Source: Acidobacteriota bacterium
GTDB lineage: Bacteria; Acidobacteriota; Thermoanaerobaculia; UBA5066
NCBI GenBank assembly: GCA_039930645.1
Contig: JBDTTJ010000002.1
Coordinates: 1-44,571, forward strand
Direction: 5' to 3'
Length of the DNA: 44,571 nucleotides
The position numbers were made by a program, and so were the translations under genes. Below the pieces are notes generated by a model. That model had not been told where the DNA came from. It saw only the letters and a program-made list of their open reading frames with translations, and did no database searches. The stretch's first letter is position 1. Each line of letters opens with the position of its first letter. Shown here one piece after another: positions 36,281 to 44,571 of the stretch.

Positions 36281-37903
36281 ATGGACCGGGGCGCTGGCGG
36301 GTTCACGCGCGCCGGCGTCCGTATACTCCGCCTCGTGTCCGCCGGGCGTCCGTCCGAAGATCCCGCAGCGTCCGGCCGCCTCCTCTTCGCGGCGGCGCTC
36401 GCGGCCGGGGCCCTGCTGAGGCTGATCCTCCTCGGGCGGCCGGACCTCTTCGCCGCCGACGAGGGCCGCTGGGCGGTCGGCGCGCGCAATGTCCTCGAGG
36501 GCGGCGCGCAGGTGCTCGCGCCGGGTACGACGCCGCTCGGGGACCCGGCCGGCACGCCGATCCTCTTCCCGTGGCTGCTCTCCGGGATGGTGCGCGTCTT
36601 CGGCGCCGAGGAGTGGGCCGTGCGGTTCCCGTCGGCGATCCTCGGCCTCCTCGCGGCCTTCGTCGTGGAGCGGATCGTGCGGCGCGGCTGGGGGCAGCCG
36701 GCGGGCCACCTCGCGGGCGCGTTCGTCGCGCTGTTCCCGCCTCTCGTCGCGGCCTCGCGCGTCGCGACCGTCGAGCCGGCGCTCGTGACGCTCGGTTTTG
36801 CGGGGATCATCTTCGGCCTGCGCGCGTTCGAGGAGGACATCCCGTGGGAGGGCGCGCTCTCCGGCGTCTTCTTCGGCCTCGGCTTTCTCGCGAAGGGCTA
36901 CGCGGTCGGCCTCTTCCTCCTCCCGCTTCTCCTCGCGCTGGCCGCGCGTCCGCGCCTCTTCGCGCTCGGGCGGACGAAGCGCTCGCTGCTGTTCCTCCTG
37001 GCGGCGTTCGTGGCCGTGGGCGGGTCGCACCTTCTCGCCGTCCTTCTCCTGCGCCCCGATACGTTCGGGTTCCAGCTCGCCACCGCCTTCGGGGCCTCCG
37101 AGGCCGCGGCCCGCACGGCGGCGCTCCCAACGGCGTTCTCCGCCGATCTCCTGTCGATCCTGAGGCCGGTCTTCTGGTTCCTGCCGGTTACGCTCCTCGG
37201 CGTCGCCTTCCTTTGGCGCGACGTCGGCGAGAACGAAATTGCCTCGGGCGCGACGGGCGGGGACCGCCGGCTCGCGCACGGCCTGCTCTGGGGCGCTTAC
37301 TTCGTCGAGCTCGTGGTCGTCGTCGCGGTCGCGGGGCGCTACCGCCTCTCGTCGATTCCCGTCCTGCCGGCCATCGCGACGCTCACCGGCCTCGGGGCGA
37401 CGGCGGTCGTCGTCTCGGCGCGCGCGCGCGCCTCGCGGACGACGCAGCGCGTCGCGGCGGGAGCGATGGCCGCCCTTCTCGTCCTCGGAGGCGTCGAGGC
37501 GGCGCGCCGGATCCGGCACGACCTCCTGACGCACCGCACGGGCGCCCGCGAACTCGCCGCGCAGATCGCGCCGGCCGTCGCGCCGCTTTCCCCGCGCGCC
37601 GTCGCATTCCGCGCTCCCGAGCCCGACGCGATCGCGTTCCGGCTCTTCCGGACGGGCCTCGCGTGGGACGGGGCCGAGACGCCCGCCTCCCTCCAAGCCG
37701 AGGCGCGGAACGGCGTGCGCTGCTGGGCGTGGCGCGAGACGGACACCGGGACCGCGGCCCCCTCCATCGAGGCGAAGTCATGGCTGGCCGGGCACGCGCG
37801 AGACGTGACGGCCGACGTGAACGCCCGAGCGGGGCGGACGACGGGCCTCGCCGTTTACGTCCCGGAGGCCGCCGCTCCCGCCCCGGGCGCCTCCCGGCCA
37901 TAA
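36281..37903 (+). CDS. ArnT/PMT-like GT-C membrane glycosyltransferase (family 39/83 type)
   Basis: About 10-12 predicted TM helices. The first-loop FAADEGRW carries the DE motif. Overall the protein is PMT_2-like. The exact start is uncertain. Confidence 0.8.
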   Translation: MDRGAGGFTRAGVRILRLVSAGRPSEDPAASGRLLFAAALAAGALLRLILLGRPDLFAADEGRWAVGARNVLEGGAQVLAPGTTPLGDPAGTPILFPWLLSGMVRVFGAEEWAVRFPSAILGLLAAFVVERIVRRGWGQPAGHLAGAFVALFPPLVAASRVATVEPALVTLGFAGIIFGLRAFEEDIPWEGALSGVFFGLGFLAKGYAVGLFLLPLLLALAARPRLFALGRTKRSLLFLLAAFVAVGGSHLLAVLLLRPDTFGFQLATAFGASEAAARTAALPTAFSADLLSILRPVFWFLPVTLLGVAFLWRDVGENEIASGATGGDRRLAHGLLWGAYFVELVVVVAVAGRYRLSSIPVLPAIATLTGLGATAVVVSARARASRTTQRVAAGAMAALLVLGGVEAARRIRHDLLTHRTGARELAAQIAPAVAPLSPRAVAFRAPEPDAIAFRLFRTGLAWDGAETPASLQAEARNGVRCWAWRETDTGTAAPSIEAKSWLAGHARDVTADVNARAGRTTGLAVYVPEAAAPAPGASRP

Positions 37904-37913
37904 TCGGCCCCCC

Positions 37914-39257
37914 ATGACGACCGTCCTTCTCGCCGACCGCGACGGCACGGCATTCGGGCCGCTCGCTTCACGCGTCGTGCCCGCCCTCCTGCCGCTCGCG
38001 GGCGTCCCGCTTCTCGAGCGCGCGCTGGAAGCCCTCGTCGCCGCCGGCAGGCGGTCGGCGCTTCTCGTCGTAGGCCCGCGCGCGGGCGAGGTCGAGCGCC
38101 GGTTCGGGAAGGGCATCCGCTGGGGCATCGCCCTCGAGATCGTCCGGCGCGAGGACGGGGAGAGCACGGGCGACGTCCTGCGCCGGCTCGAGCACCGCCT
38201 CGACGGCGAGACCATCGTCGTGCGCGGCGACGTCGGCGTCCACGCCGCCATCGGAGAGTTCCTCCACAAGGTGGAAGACGCGCGCGGCCCGGTCGTGGAG
38301 GCGACGATCGGCGGCCGCCCCGCGGGGATGTGGCGCATTCTGCCGGGAGCCCTCAAGAAGAAGGACTTCCTGCGCGAGCCGGGCGCGGCTGAGTGGGTGC
38401 ACGACCGGGATTTCGCGGACCTGCCGCTCACGGCCGCGCCCGTCCTCGTCGACTCCGTCGCGGCCTACCGCCGCGCGGACGCCGAGCACGCGAACGGACG
38501 AACGGCTTTCTCCGAGCGCGCGCGCGCCGACGGCGGAGCGCGGCTGGAGGGCTCGACGACGGTCGGCGAGGAAGCGGCGGTCTTTTCGGGCGCGCGCCTC
38601 GTCAACACGAGCGTCCTGCCGAAGACCGCGATTCCGCCCGGCGTCACGCTGGAGAACGCGGTCGTCTCGGGAAACCTCGTCGTCGACGCCGCGACGGGAC
38701 AGGCGAGCCTCCTGACCGACCAGCTCCCGGCCGCCGCGGGGACGCACGGGAGCGGCCGCGCGCTGGGCGTCGCGGCGCTCGCGCTGTCCCTGCCGCTCTG
38801 GCCGGTCGCGGCCGCGTGGAGCGCGATCGCGAACGCGGGCCACGCGACGGGGCCCGTCACGCTGGCCGGGAACGCGCCCGGCGGCGGGCGGGCGCCGTTC
38901 ACGACGTTCCGCTTCGAGACGGCCGTGCCGGTGCTCCGCGACCTGCCGCTCCTTCTCGCGGTCGTCAGGGGCCGCCTGGCGCTGATGGGCGTCACGCCGC
39001 TGACGCCGGCGGAGGAGGCCGCGCTGGCCGAGCCCTGGGAAAAGGTCCGCACCGAGGCGCCGGCCGGCCTCGTGTCGCTCGCGCGCCTCGCGGTCCCCGC
39101 CTCGGCGCCCTCGGAGGTCTCCCGCGTCGTCGACGCGTTCGAGGCCCGGCGCCCGTCGGCGCTTCTCGGCCGCGCCCTCGGGGCGCTCTTCTCGGCGCGG
39201 GCGTGGACAGCCCCGAAGGGTTGGAACCCGGACGAGCTCCGGGACGAAAAGTCGTGA
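37914..39257 (+). CDS. fusion protein: NTP-transferase-like N-domain, hexapeptide (LbH) repeats, TM segment and bacterial sugar-transferase-like C-domain, with degenerate catalytic motifs
   Basis: N-terminus LLADRDGTAFGPL...PALLPLAGVPLLE compares with the LAGGxGTRLxPLT consensus. The middle has LbH repeats (VGEEAAVFSGARLVNTSVLPKTAI). The C-terminus FTTFRFETA...LRDLPLLLAVVRGRLALMGVTP...PAGLVSLARL compares with the YKFRTM...LDELPQL.NVL.G.MSLVGPRP...PG.TG consensus. Confidence 0.65.
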   Translation: MTTVLLADRDGTAFGPLASRVVPALLPLAGVPLLERALEALVAAGRRSALLVVGPRAGEVERRFGKGIRWGIALEIVRREDGESTGDVLRRLEHRLDGETIVVRGDVGVHAAIGEFLHKVEDARGPVVEATIGGRPAGMWRILPGALKKKDFLREPGAAEWVHDRDFADLPLTAAPVLVDSVAAYRRADAEHANGRTAFSERARADGGARLEGSTTVGEEAAVFSGARLVNTSVLPKTAIPPGVTLENAVVSGNLVVDAATGQASLLTDQLPAAAGTHGSGRALGVAALALSLPLWPVAAAWSAIANAGHATGPVTLAGNAPGGGRAPFTTFRFETAVPVLRDLPLLLAVVRGRLALMGVTPLTPAEEAALAEPWEKVRTEAPAGLVSLARLAVPASAPSEVSRVVDAFEARRPSALLGRALGALFSARAWTAPKGWNPDELRDEKS

Positions 39258-40627
39258 GCGATCTCGTCGTTCGCGCCCCATTCGACGGCGCGGAGATCGC
39301 GCGCGTGCCACGCCCGTCGGCGGCGGAAGTCGACGCGGCCGTCGCGAAGGCCGTCGCCGTCTTCGCGGAGACGCGCGCGCTCCCGACGTACGAGCGCGTC
39401 GCGATCCTCCGGCGCGTGGCCGCGGCCCTCGAGGCGCGGCGGGACGAGCTGGGCGCCGTGATCGCGCGCGAGGCCGGCAAACCGCTGAAGGCCGCGCGCA
39501 CGGAGGTCGAGCGCGCCGCCGCGACGTTCTCGGCGGCGGCGGCGGCGCTCGAGGCTTGGAAGGGCGAGATGTTGCCGCTGGACGTGAACGCGGCGTCGGT
39601 CGCGCGCTGGGGTGTCGTCAAACGCGTGCCCCTCGGACCCGTTCTCGCGATCACGCCCTTCAACTTCCCGCTCAACCTCACGGCGCACAAGGTGGCGCCC
39701 GCGATCGCCGTCGGCGCGCCCGTCGTCCAGAAGCCCGCGTCGCAGACGCCGCTCTCGGCCCTGGCGCTTCAGGCGATCGTCCGCGAGGCCGGCTGGCCCG
39801 TGGATGCGTACGCGGTTCTCGCGATCTCGGGTCGCGAGGCCGAAGCACTGGCCACCGACCCGCGGCTTCCCGTCGTCTCGTTCACGGGCTCCGGGGCCGT
39901 CGGCTGGCGCCTCCGCGAGATTGCGCCCCGAAAGCGCGTCAGCCTCGAGCTCGGCGGCAACGCGGCCGTGGTCGTCCACTCGGACGCGGATCTCGACGAC
40001 GCGGCGTCCCGCGTCGCAGCGGGCGCGTTCGGCTTCGCGGGGCAGTCGTGCATTTCCGTCCAGCGCGCGCTCGTCCACAAGGACGTCTTCGAGGCGTTCC
40101 GCGCGAAGCTCCTCGCGAAGACGGCGGCGCTCGCCGTCGGGGACCCGCTCGACGCGAAGACGGACGTGGGGCCGATGATCGCGCCCGAGGAGGCCGCGCG
40201 CGCGGCCGCGTGGATCGAGGAGGCGGTTGCGGGCGGCGCACGCGTCCTCGCGGGCGGAACTTGGACCGGCTCGGTCGTTCTTCCCACGATCCTCGCGGGC
40301 ACGACGCGGGACATGAAAGTCGAGGCGCAGGAAGTCTTCGCGCCGGTCGTGACGCTTTCGTCCTACGAAACGTGGGAGGAGGCGCTCCGGCGCGCCAACG
40401 ACTCGAAGTACGGTTTGCAGGCCGGCGTCTTCACGAACGACCTCTCCCGCATCCAGCAGGCGTGGGACGTCCTCGAGGTCGGGGCCGTGCTCGTCAACGA
40501 CGTCCCGACGTGGCGCGCCGACCGCATGCCCTACGGCGGCGTCAAGGAATCGGGCGTCGGGCGCGAGGGCCCCGCGTACGCGATGGAAGAGTTCACGGAG
40601 CCGCGGCTCCTCGTGCTCCGGCCCTGA
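39254..40627 (+). CDS. NAD(P)-dependent aldehyde dehydrogenase
   Basis: Motifs ITPFNFP, FTGS, LELGGNA, FGFAGQSCIS (catalytic Cys), PYGGVKESGVGREG. The GTG start overlaps the upstream TGA. Confidence 0.92.
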   Translation: MSDLVVRAPFDGAEIARVPRPSAAEVDAAVAKAVAVFAETRALPTYERVAILRRVAAALEARRDELGAVIAREAGKPLKAARTEVERAAATFSAAAAALEAWKGEMLPLDVNAASVARWGVVKRVPLGPVLAITPFNFPLNLTAHKVAPAIAVGAPVVQKPASQTPLSALALQAIVREAGWPVDAYAVLAISGREAEALATDPRLPVVSFTGSGAVGWRLREIAPRKRVSLELGGNAAVVVHSDADLDDAASRVAAGAFGFAGQSCISVQRALVHKDVFEAFRAKLLAKTAALAVGDPLDAKTDVGPMIAPEEAARAAAWIEEAVAGGARVLAGGTWTGSVVLPTILAGTTRDMKVEAQEVFAPVVTLSSYETWEEALRRANDSKYGLQAGVFTNDLSRIQQAWDVLEVGAVLVNDVPTWRADRMPYGGVKESGVGREGPAYAMEEFTEPRLLVLRP

Positions 40628-40645
40628 CGGCCCGAAAGGACACCC

Positions 40646-41089
40646 ATGGAAGGCGTCACGACGTTCTCGATCTCCGCGTCATGGGACACCTCGGCGAAAG
40701 AGGGCCGCCTCGCGAACGCCGATGGCTCGTTCGCGGCCGTGCACACGGGCGCCCCGGCCCTCGACGGGAAGGGGGGCACGGCAAACCCCGAGGAGCTGCT
40801 CCTCGCCGCGGTCTCGGCGTGCTTTCTCCAGACGTGGGCGATCTTCGTCGAGAAGCTGAAGCTGCCGATCGCGGCGCCGCGCCTCGACGCGACGTGCGCG
40901 CTCGAAAAAGACCCGGCGGGCGGATTCCACGTCACGCGGATCGACCTCTTCGCGCACGTCCCGGCCGCGCTCCTCGACGAGCGCAAGGCCGACGTCGACA
41001 AGACGCTGTCCCTCGCGGAGAAGTACTGCATCGTCTCGAAGGCGGTGAAGGGCTCGATCCCGATCACCGTGACGCCGAAACCGGCCTGA
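40646..41089 (+). CDS. OsmC/Ohr-family peroxiredoxin-like protein
   Basis: Motifs NPEELLLAAVSACF and EKYCIVS (the two conserved Cys). Length is 147 aa. Confidence 0.88.
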   Translation: MEGVTTFSISASWDTSAKEGRLANADGSFAAVHTGAPALDGKGGTANPEELLLAAVSACFLQTWAIFVEKLKLPIAAPRLDATCALEKDPAGGFHVTRIDLFAHVPAALLDERKADVDKTLSLAEKYCIVSKAVKGSIPITVTPKPA

Positions 41090-41142
41090 CGGGCGCTCAA
41101 TCCCGGTCCCACGCCGGCCCCGCGCGCCACCGAAAGACGAAG

Positions 41143-41316
41143 CGTGTTCGCAGTCTCTTCGACGCCATTGCTCCTTGGGTAGGGGTCGCGACCGGTGGAC
41201 CGCCGGACCTCTCCGAGAAGACGGGCGAGCGGTTCCAGGCTGCGCTGCTCGCCCGCGAGAAAGAGGTTGCGGGGAGCGGCGCCGCGCCGCGCCCCCGGCG
41301 AAAGAAGGCCCGGTGA
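41143..41316 (+). pseudogene. remnant of a VapB-type antitoxin (C-terminal toxin-binding half only)
   Basis: The frame ending at TGA 41314-41316 reads ...RSLFDAIAPWVGVATGGPPDLSEKTGERFQAALLAREKE.... There is no ATG/GTG/TTG after the osmC stop. The DNA-binding N-half would have to lie inside osmC. Confidence 0.35.
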
Positions 41317-41716
41317 TCCTTACGGACGCCGGGCCTCTCGTCGCGCTCGTCCACGCCGGCGATCGCAACCACGGACGGTGTGTTGCGGCCGCCCGGTCGC
41401 TGCAGGGCCCGATGGCCACCGTCTGGCCGGCCCTTGCGGAGGCGATGTACCTGCTCCGTTTCTCCTGGCCGGCCCAGCGCGCGCTCTGGTCGATGCTCGA
41501 GGAGGTGCGCTGAAGTTGCTTCCCCTCGACGAGTCCGACGCCCCCCGGATCGGGGAGCTGATGCGGAAGTATCGCGATCTGCCCATGGACCTTGGCGACG
41601 CCGCTCTCGTTCGCGTCGCGGAGAGAGAGAAGCTCCGGCGCGTCTTCACGCTGGACCGGCGCGACTTTTCTCTCTATCGGCCGCTCCGCCTGGGGCGCTT
41701 CTTCATCGTGCCCTAG
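41313..41716 (+). pseudogene. vapC: PIN-domain (VapC-type) toxin gene interrupted by a 1-nt frameshift
   Basis: The N-half, in the frame of GTG 41313, reads ILTDAGPLVALV...ALAEAMYLL...SMLEEVR and hits TGA at 41511-41513. The C-half, in the -1 frame, reads ALKLLPLDESD...LGDAALVRVAERE...VFTLDRRDF. The 404-nt length is one short of a multiple of 3. All four acidic PIN residues are still encoded. Confidence 0.7.
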
Positions 41717-43827
41717 AGGTTCTGCTCGAACCACTCCACGAGGCGCTGGTTGCGGTAGAGAAGGGCCTCGCCGCGCGGGCCGTGCGCCTGGCGGGGGAGC
41801 GGCACGAAAACGAAGTCCTTGCGCGCCTTCACGAGCTCGTCGATGAACCTCATCGTGTTCTGCATGTGGACGTTGTCGTCCGACGTCCCGTGGAAGATCA
41901 CGAGCTTCGTCCCGAGGTCCTTCGCGGCGAGGAGTGGCGACGACGCCTTGTACCCGTCGGGGTTCTCCTTCGGCGTTTTCATGTAGCGCTCGGTGTAGAT
42001 CGAGTCGTAGAGCGTCCAGTCCACGACGGGCGCGCCCGCGGCCGCGCACTTGAACGCCCAACCCGCGTGCGTCGCGGCATAGAGCGTCATGTACCCGCCG
42101 TACGACCAGCCCGTGATCCCGATCCGCGCGCCGTCGACGTACGGCCTCTTCTTGAGCTCGGCGACGCCCTCGAGCTGGTCCTTCAGCTCCCGGGCGCCCA
42201 TGTTCTTCAGGAGCGGCGTCTCGAACGCATGCCCGCGCCCCCACGAGCCGCGGTTGTCCATCGTCCAGACGAGAAAACCCTTCGAGGCGAGGTAGCGGTC
42301 GAATCCCCCCGTCCATGCGTTCTGGACGAGCTGCGTGTGCGGGCCGCCGTACACGTTGACGACGACGGGGTATCTCTTCGCGGCGTCGAAGCTCGACGGC
42401 TTCACGAGGCGCGTGTAGAAAAGGGTCCCGTCGGCGCCGGTGAACGAGCCGAGCTCGACGCTCCCGAGGTCGTAGTCCGCGAGCGGGTGCGGCTTGTCGT
42501 CGAGTGTCGCGATGACGGCGCCCGAGACCGAACGGACGACGCTTCTCGGCAGAGAGGTGGCGCTCGAGAACGTGTCCACGAAGGACGCAAGACCCGGTGC
42601 GAAGACGGGCGCGTGCACGCCCGTCTCGGCGGTGACGCGCACCATGGACGAGCCGTCCAGCTTCACGACGAAGACCTGGCGCTCGCGCGGATCCGCGGTC
42701 GACGCGACGAACCAGACCGTGCCCGCGGCCTCGTCGACCCTCCACGGAACGTCCAGCCTCGCGGCATCCACCATCCACGGGCCCTTCGTGATCGCGTTCT
42801 TCACGGAGCCGTCGGCGGCGTGGCGGTAGAGGTGCAGGAAGCCGCTTCTCTCCGACAGGAAGACGAGCGAGCCGTCCTTCAGGAAGTGCGGGGGCGAGAT
42901 GGCGTTGATCCACGCGGCGTCGCTCTCTTCGAGGAGCTTCGTCGGCGTGCCGCCCGCGCGTGGCAGGAGCCAGGCGCCGAGGTGAGTTTGCGGCCGGTCG
43001 AGAAGGAGGAAGCAGATGTCCTTCCCGTCCTGCGTCCACGCCATCTCCGGCGCGACGTAGACGTCGTCCGGCGTCGGCGCGAAGGAGGCCGTCTCGTTCC
43101 CGGCGAGGTCCGTGACGTGGACGGACGGGGCGGAGTTCGGATCGCCCGCCTTCGGATAGCGCTGCGAATCGAGCTTTGCGTTCAGGGGCGAGTAGTCGAC
43201 GATCGGGTACGTCGGGACGCGCGTCTGGTCGAGCGCGAGGTACGCGATCGCTGTCGAGTCGGGTGACCAGAAGTGCGAGCGGCCGCCGCGGCGGTTGGCG
43301 AGCTCCTCGCCATACACCCAGTCGAGCGACCCGTTGAGGACGCCGTCCGAGCCGCTCTTCGTCAGGCGCGTCTCCTTGCCCGTCGCCGCCTCGAGAACGA
43401 AGACGTCGTGCTTCTTGACATACGCGAGGCGCGTTCCGTCCGGCGACCACGCGGGCAGCGTCTCGTCGTCCGCGTCGTTCGTCAGGCGCTTCGCCTCGCC
43501 GGCTGCCGTCACGAGCCAGAGGTCGTTGTCGGAAGTGACCGCGAACGCGTCGCCCTTCGGCGTCCACGCCGCGCCGCGCAGGGAGAGCTTCTTCTCCTTG
43601 CCGTCACGGGCCGTCACGGCGGGCGCGTCGAAGAGCTTCGCCTTCTTCCCCGTGGCCGCGTCGGCCTGCCAGAGCGCGGCGGGCGCATCGGATCCGCCGG
43701 GTCCGCCGCCCTCGACCCACACGACGCGCGTCGCGTCGCGCCACGTGTACGCGATCGGCATGCGCATCTCGGAGACCTTCTCGAGCGTGAGGGCCTGGGC
43801 GGCCAGAACGGCGGCGAGAAGGATCAC
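41713..43827 (-). CDS. S9B-family serine peptidase (dipeptidyl-peptidase IV-like)
   Basis: N-terminal beta-propeller (WSPDG, DWVYGEE). C-terminal catalytic GWSYGG, GTSDDNVH and QAHG. The GTG start overlaps the upstream TGA. Confidence 0.9.
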   Translation of the reverse strand: MILLAAVLAAQALTLEKVSEMRMPIAYTWRDATRVVWVEGGGPGGSDAPAALWQADAATGKKAKLFDAPAVTARDGKEKKLSLRGAAWTPKGDAFAVTSDNDLWLVTAAGEAKRLTNDADDETLPAWSPDGTRLAYVKKHDVFVLEAATGKETRLTKSGSDGVLNGSLDWVYGEELANRRGGRSHFWSPDSTAIAYLALDQTRVPTYPIVDYSPLNAKLDSQRYPKAGDPNSAPSVHVTDLAGNETASFAPTPDDVYVAPEMAWTQDGKDICFLLLDRPQTHLGAWLLPRAGGTPTKLLEESDAAWINAISPPHFLKDGSLVFLSERSGFLHLYRHAADGSVKNAITKGPWMVDAARLDVPWRVDEAAGTVWFVASTADPRERQVFVVKLDGSSMVRVTAETGVHAPVFAPGLASFVDTFSSATSLPRSVVRSVSGAVIATLDDKPHPLADYDLGSVELGSFTGADGTLFYTRLVKPSSFDAAKRYPVVVNVYGGPHTQLVQNAWTGGFDRYLASKGFLVWTMDNRGSWGRGHAFETPLLKNMGARELKDQLEGVAELKKRPYVDGARIGITGWSYGGYMTLYAATHAGWAFKCAAAGAPVVDWTLYDSIYTERYMKTPKENPDGYKASSPLLAAKDLGTKLVIFHGTSDDNVHMQNTMRFIDELVKARKDFVFVPLPRQAHGPRGEALLYRNQRLVEWFEQNL

Positions 43828-44571
43828 TTCTTCTCCTGCATCGTGAGCGGGTCGCGCAGGGGAAGCTGGACGAGCTTGCCGCCGGTGAGATTCTGGAACT
43901 GCACGGGATGCTTCGGGTCGGGGTTCAGGAGCTCGGACTTGCGGCCGACGACGAGAATCGTCGCGGCCTCGGGCTTCAGGAGGCGCTTGGCGGCGCGCGA
44001 GACGTCCGCCTTCGTCACCTTCTCGACCTTCGCCTGGTACGTGGCCCACCAGCCCGGGTCGGACGCGTAGCGGCCGGTGAACTCCTCGTCCGCGAGCCCG
44101 TCGACGACCTGCACGGGTGTCGCGAAGCGGCGGGGGAGCGTGTCCACGAAGGCGCGCCTCGCGGTCTCGAGCTCCTCGTCCGAGACCTCGCCGTCGCGCA
44201 GCTTCTTCATCTCCTGGAGGACGATCTCGGACGCGTACGCGGACGTCCGCACCTTCGACTGGAAGGCGGCGCCGAAGCGCCCGGGGTACCAGACGCCGCC
44301 CACGAGGGCGGAGCCGGCCGAGTACGCGAGGCCCTCGTCGGAGCGGACGCGGTTCGTGATGCGGCTCGTGAACCCGCCGCCCCCGAGGATGTCGTTCATG
44401 ACGGAGGCGGGAATGAAGTCCGGGTCCGTCCGCATGAGCCCGGGAAGGAGGATCGAGACGCGGCCCTGGTTCACGTCCTTGTCGACGAGGAAGGTCCCGG
44501 GCGCGAGCGCGTGCGACGGCTTCGGAACGGGCGGCGCCGCCTCGCCCTTGAACGGCCAGTTCGCGAGGAGC
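43824..44571 (-). CDS. M16 (pitrilysin/insulinase) family peptidase, C-terminal part; the gene continues beyond the window
   Basis: Motifs ILGGGGFTSRI.NRVR.DEGLAYS and EVSDEELETAR. The ORF is open to the window edge. Confidence 0.85.
   Translation of the reverse strand, partial: LLANWPFKGEAAPPVPKPSHALAPGTFLVDKDVNQGRVSILLPGLMRTDPDFIPASVMNDILGGGGFTSRITNRVRSDEGLAYSAGSALVGGVWYPGRFGAAFQSKVRTSAYASEIVLQEMKKLRDGEVSDEELETARRAFVDTLPRRFATPVQVVDGLADEEFTGRYASDPGWWATYQAKVEKVTKADVSRAAKRLLKPEAATILVVGRKSELLNPDPKHPVQFQNLTGGKLVQLPLRDPLTMQEKK

Overview
High-GC (about 70%) bacterial chromosomal window. It is probably from an Acidobacteriota-like organism; this is an inference from a protein carrying the VWFA-related acidobacterial domain architecture. 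Coding is very dense: about 45 CDS, and 8 junctions have 4-nt GTGA/ATGA start-stop overlaps (plus one 1-nt TGATG overlap). Many long Arg/Ala/Pro-rich six-frame ORFs are GC artefacts.

Content in order:
- tmRNA, with HigA-like gene debris at its 3' end
- cell-wall amidase, GerMN, murI, rph
- tRNA-Pro
- PAS-GGDEF cyclase, then miscellaneous hydrolases and envelope proteins
- dus, an M20 peptidase, a VWA protein, SDRs, an exported MsrA, NUDIX
- glmU, glmS, uvrD
- a padR-led two-gene operon
- an MqnA/MqnD-family gene, truA
- an envelope-glycan cluster: NodB deacetylase, GT2, ArnT-like GT-C, and a degenerate NTP-transferase/LbH/sugar-transferase fusion
- ALDH, OsmC, a decayed VapBC pair, and DPP-IV and M16 peptidases

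No CRISPR array, integrase or transposase was seen.

The most unusual locus is the only large non-coding stretch (28397-28986, about 51% GC). It holds an unannotated 20-aa poly-lysine micro-ORF with an extended Shine-Dalgarno, its own promoter, a roughly 208-nt structured leader and its own terminator. On the opposite strand, an orphan promoter plus a strong intrinsic terminator predict a roughly 135-nt antisense RNA fully complementary to that leader. All functional calls rest on motif recognition by eye, and no database search was run.
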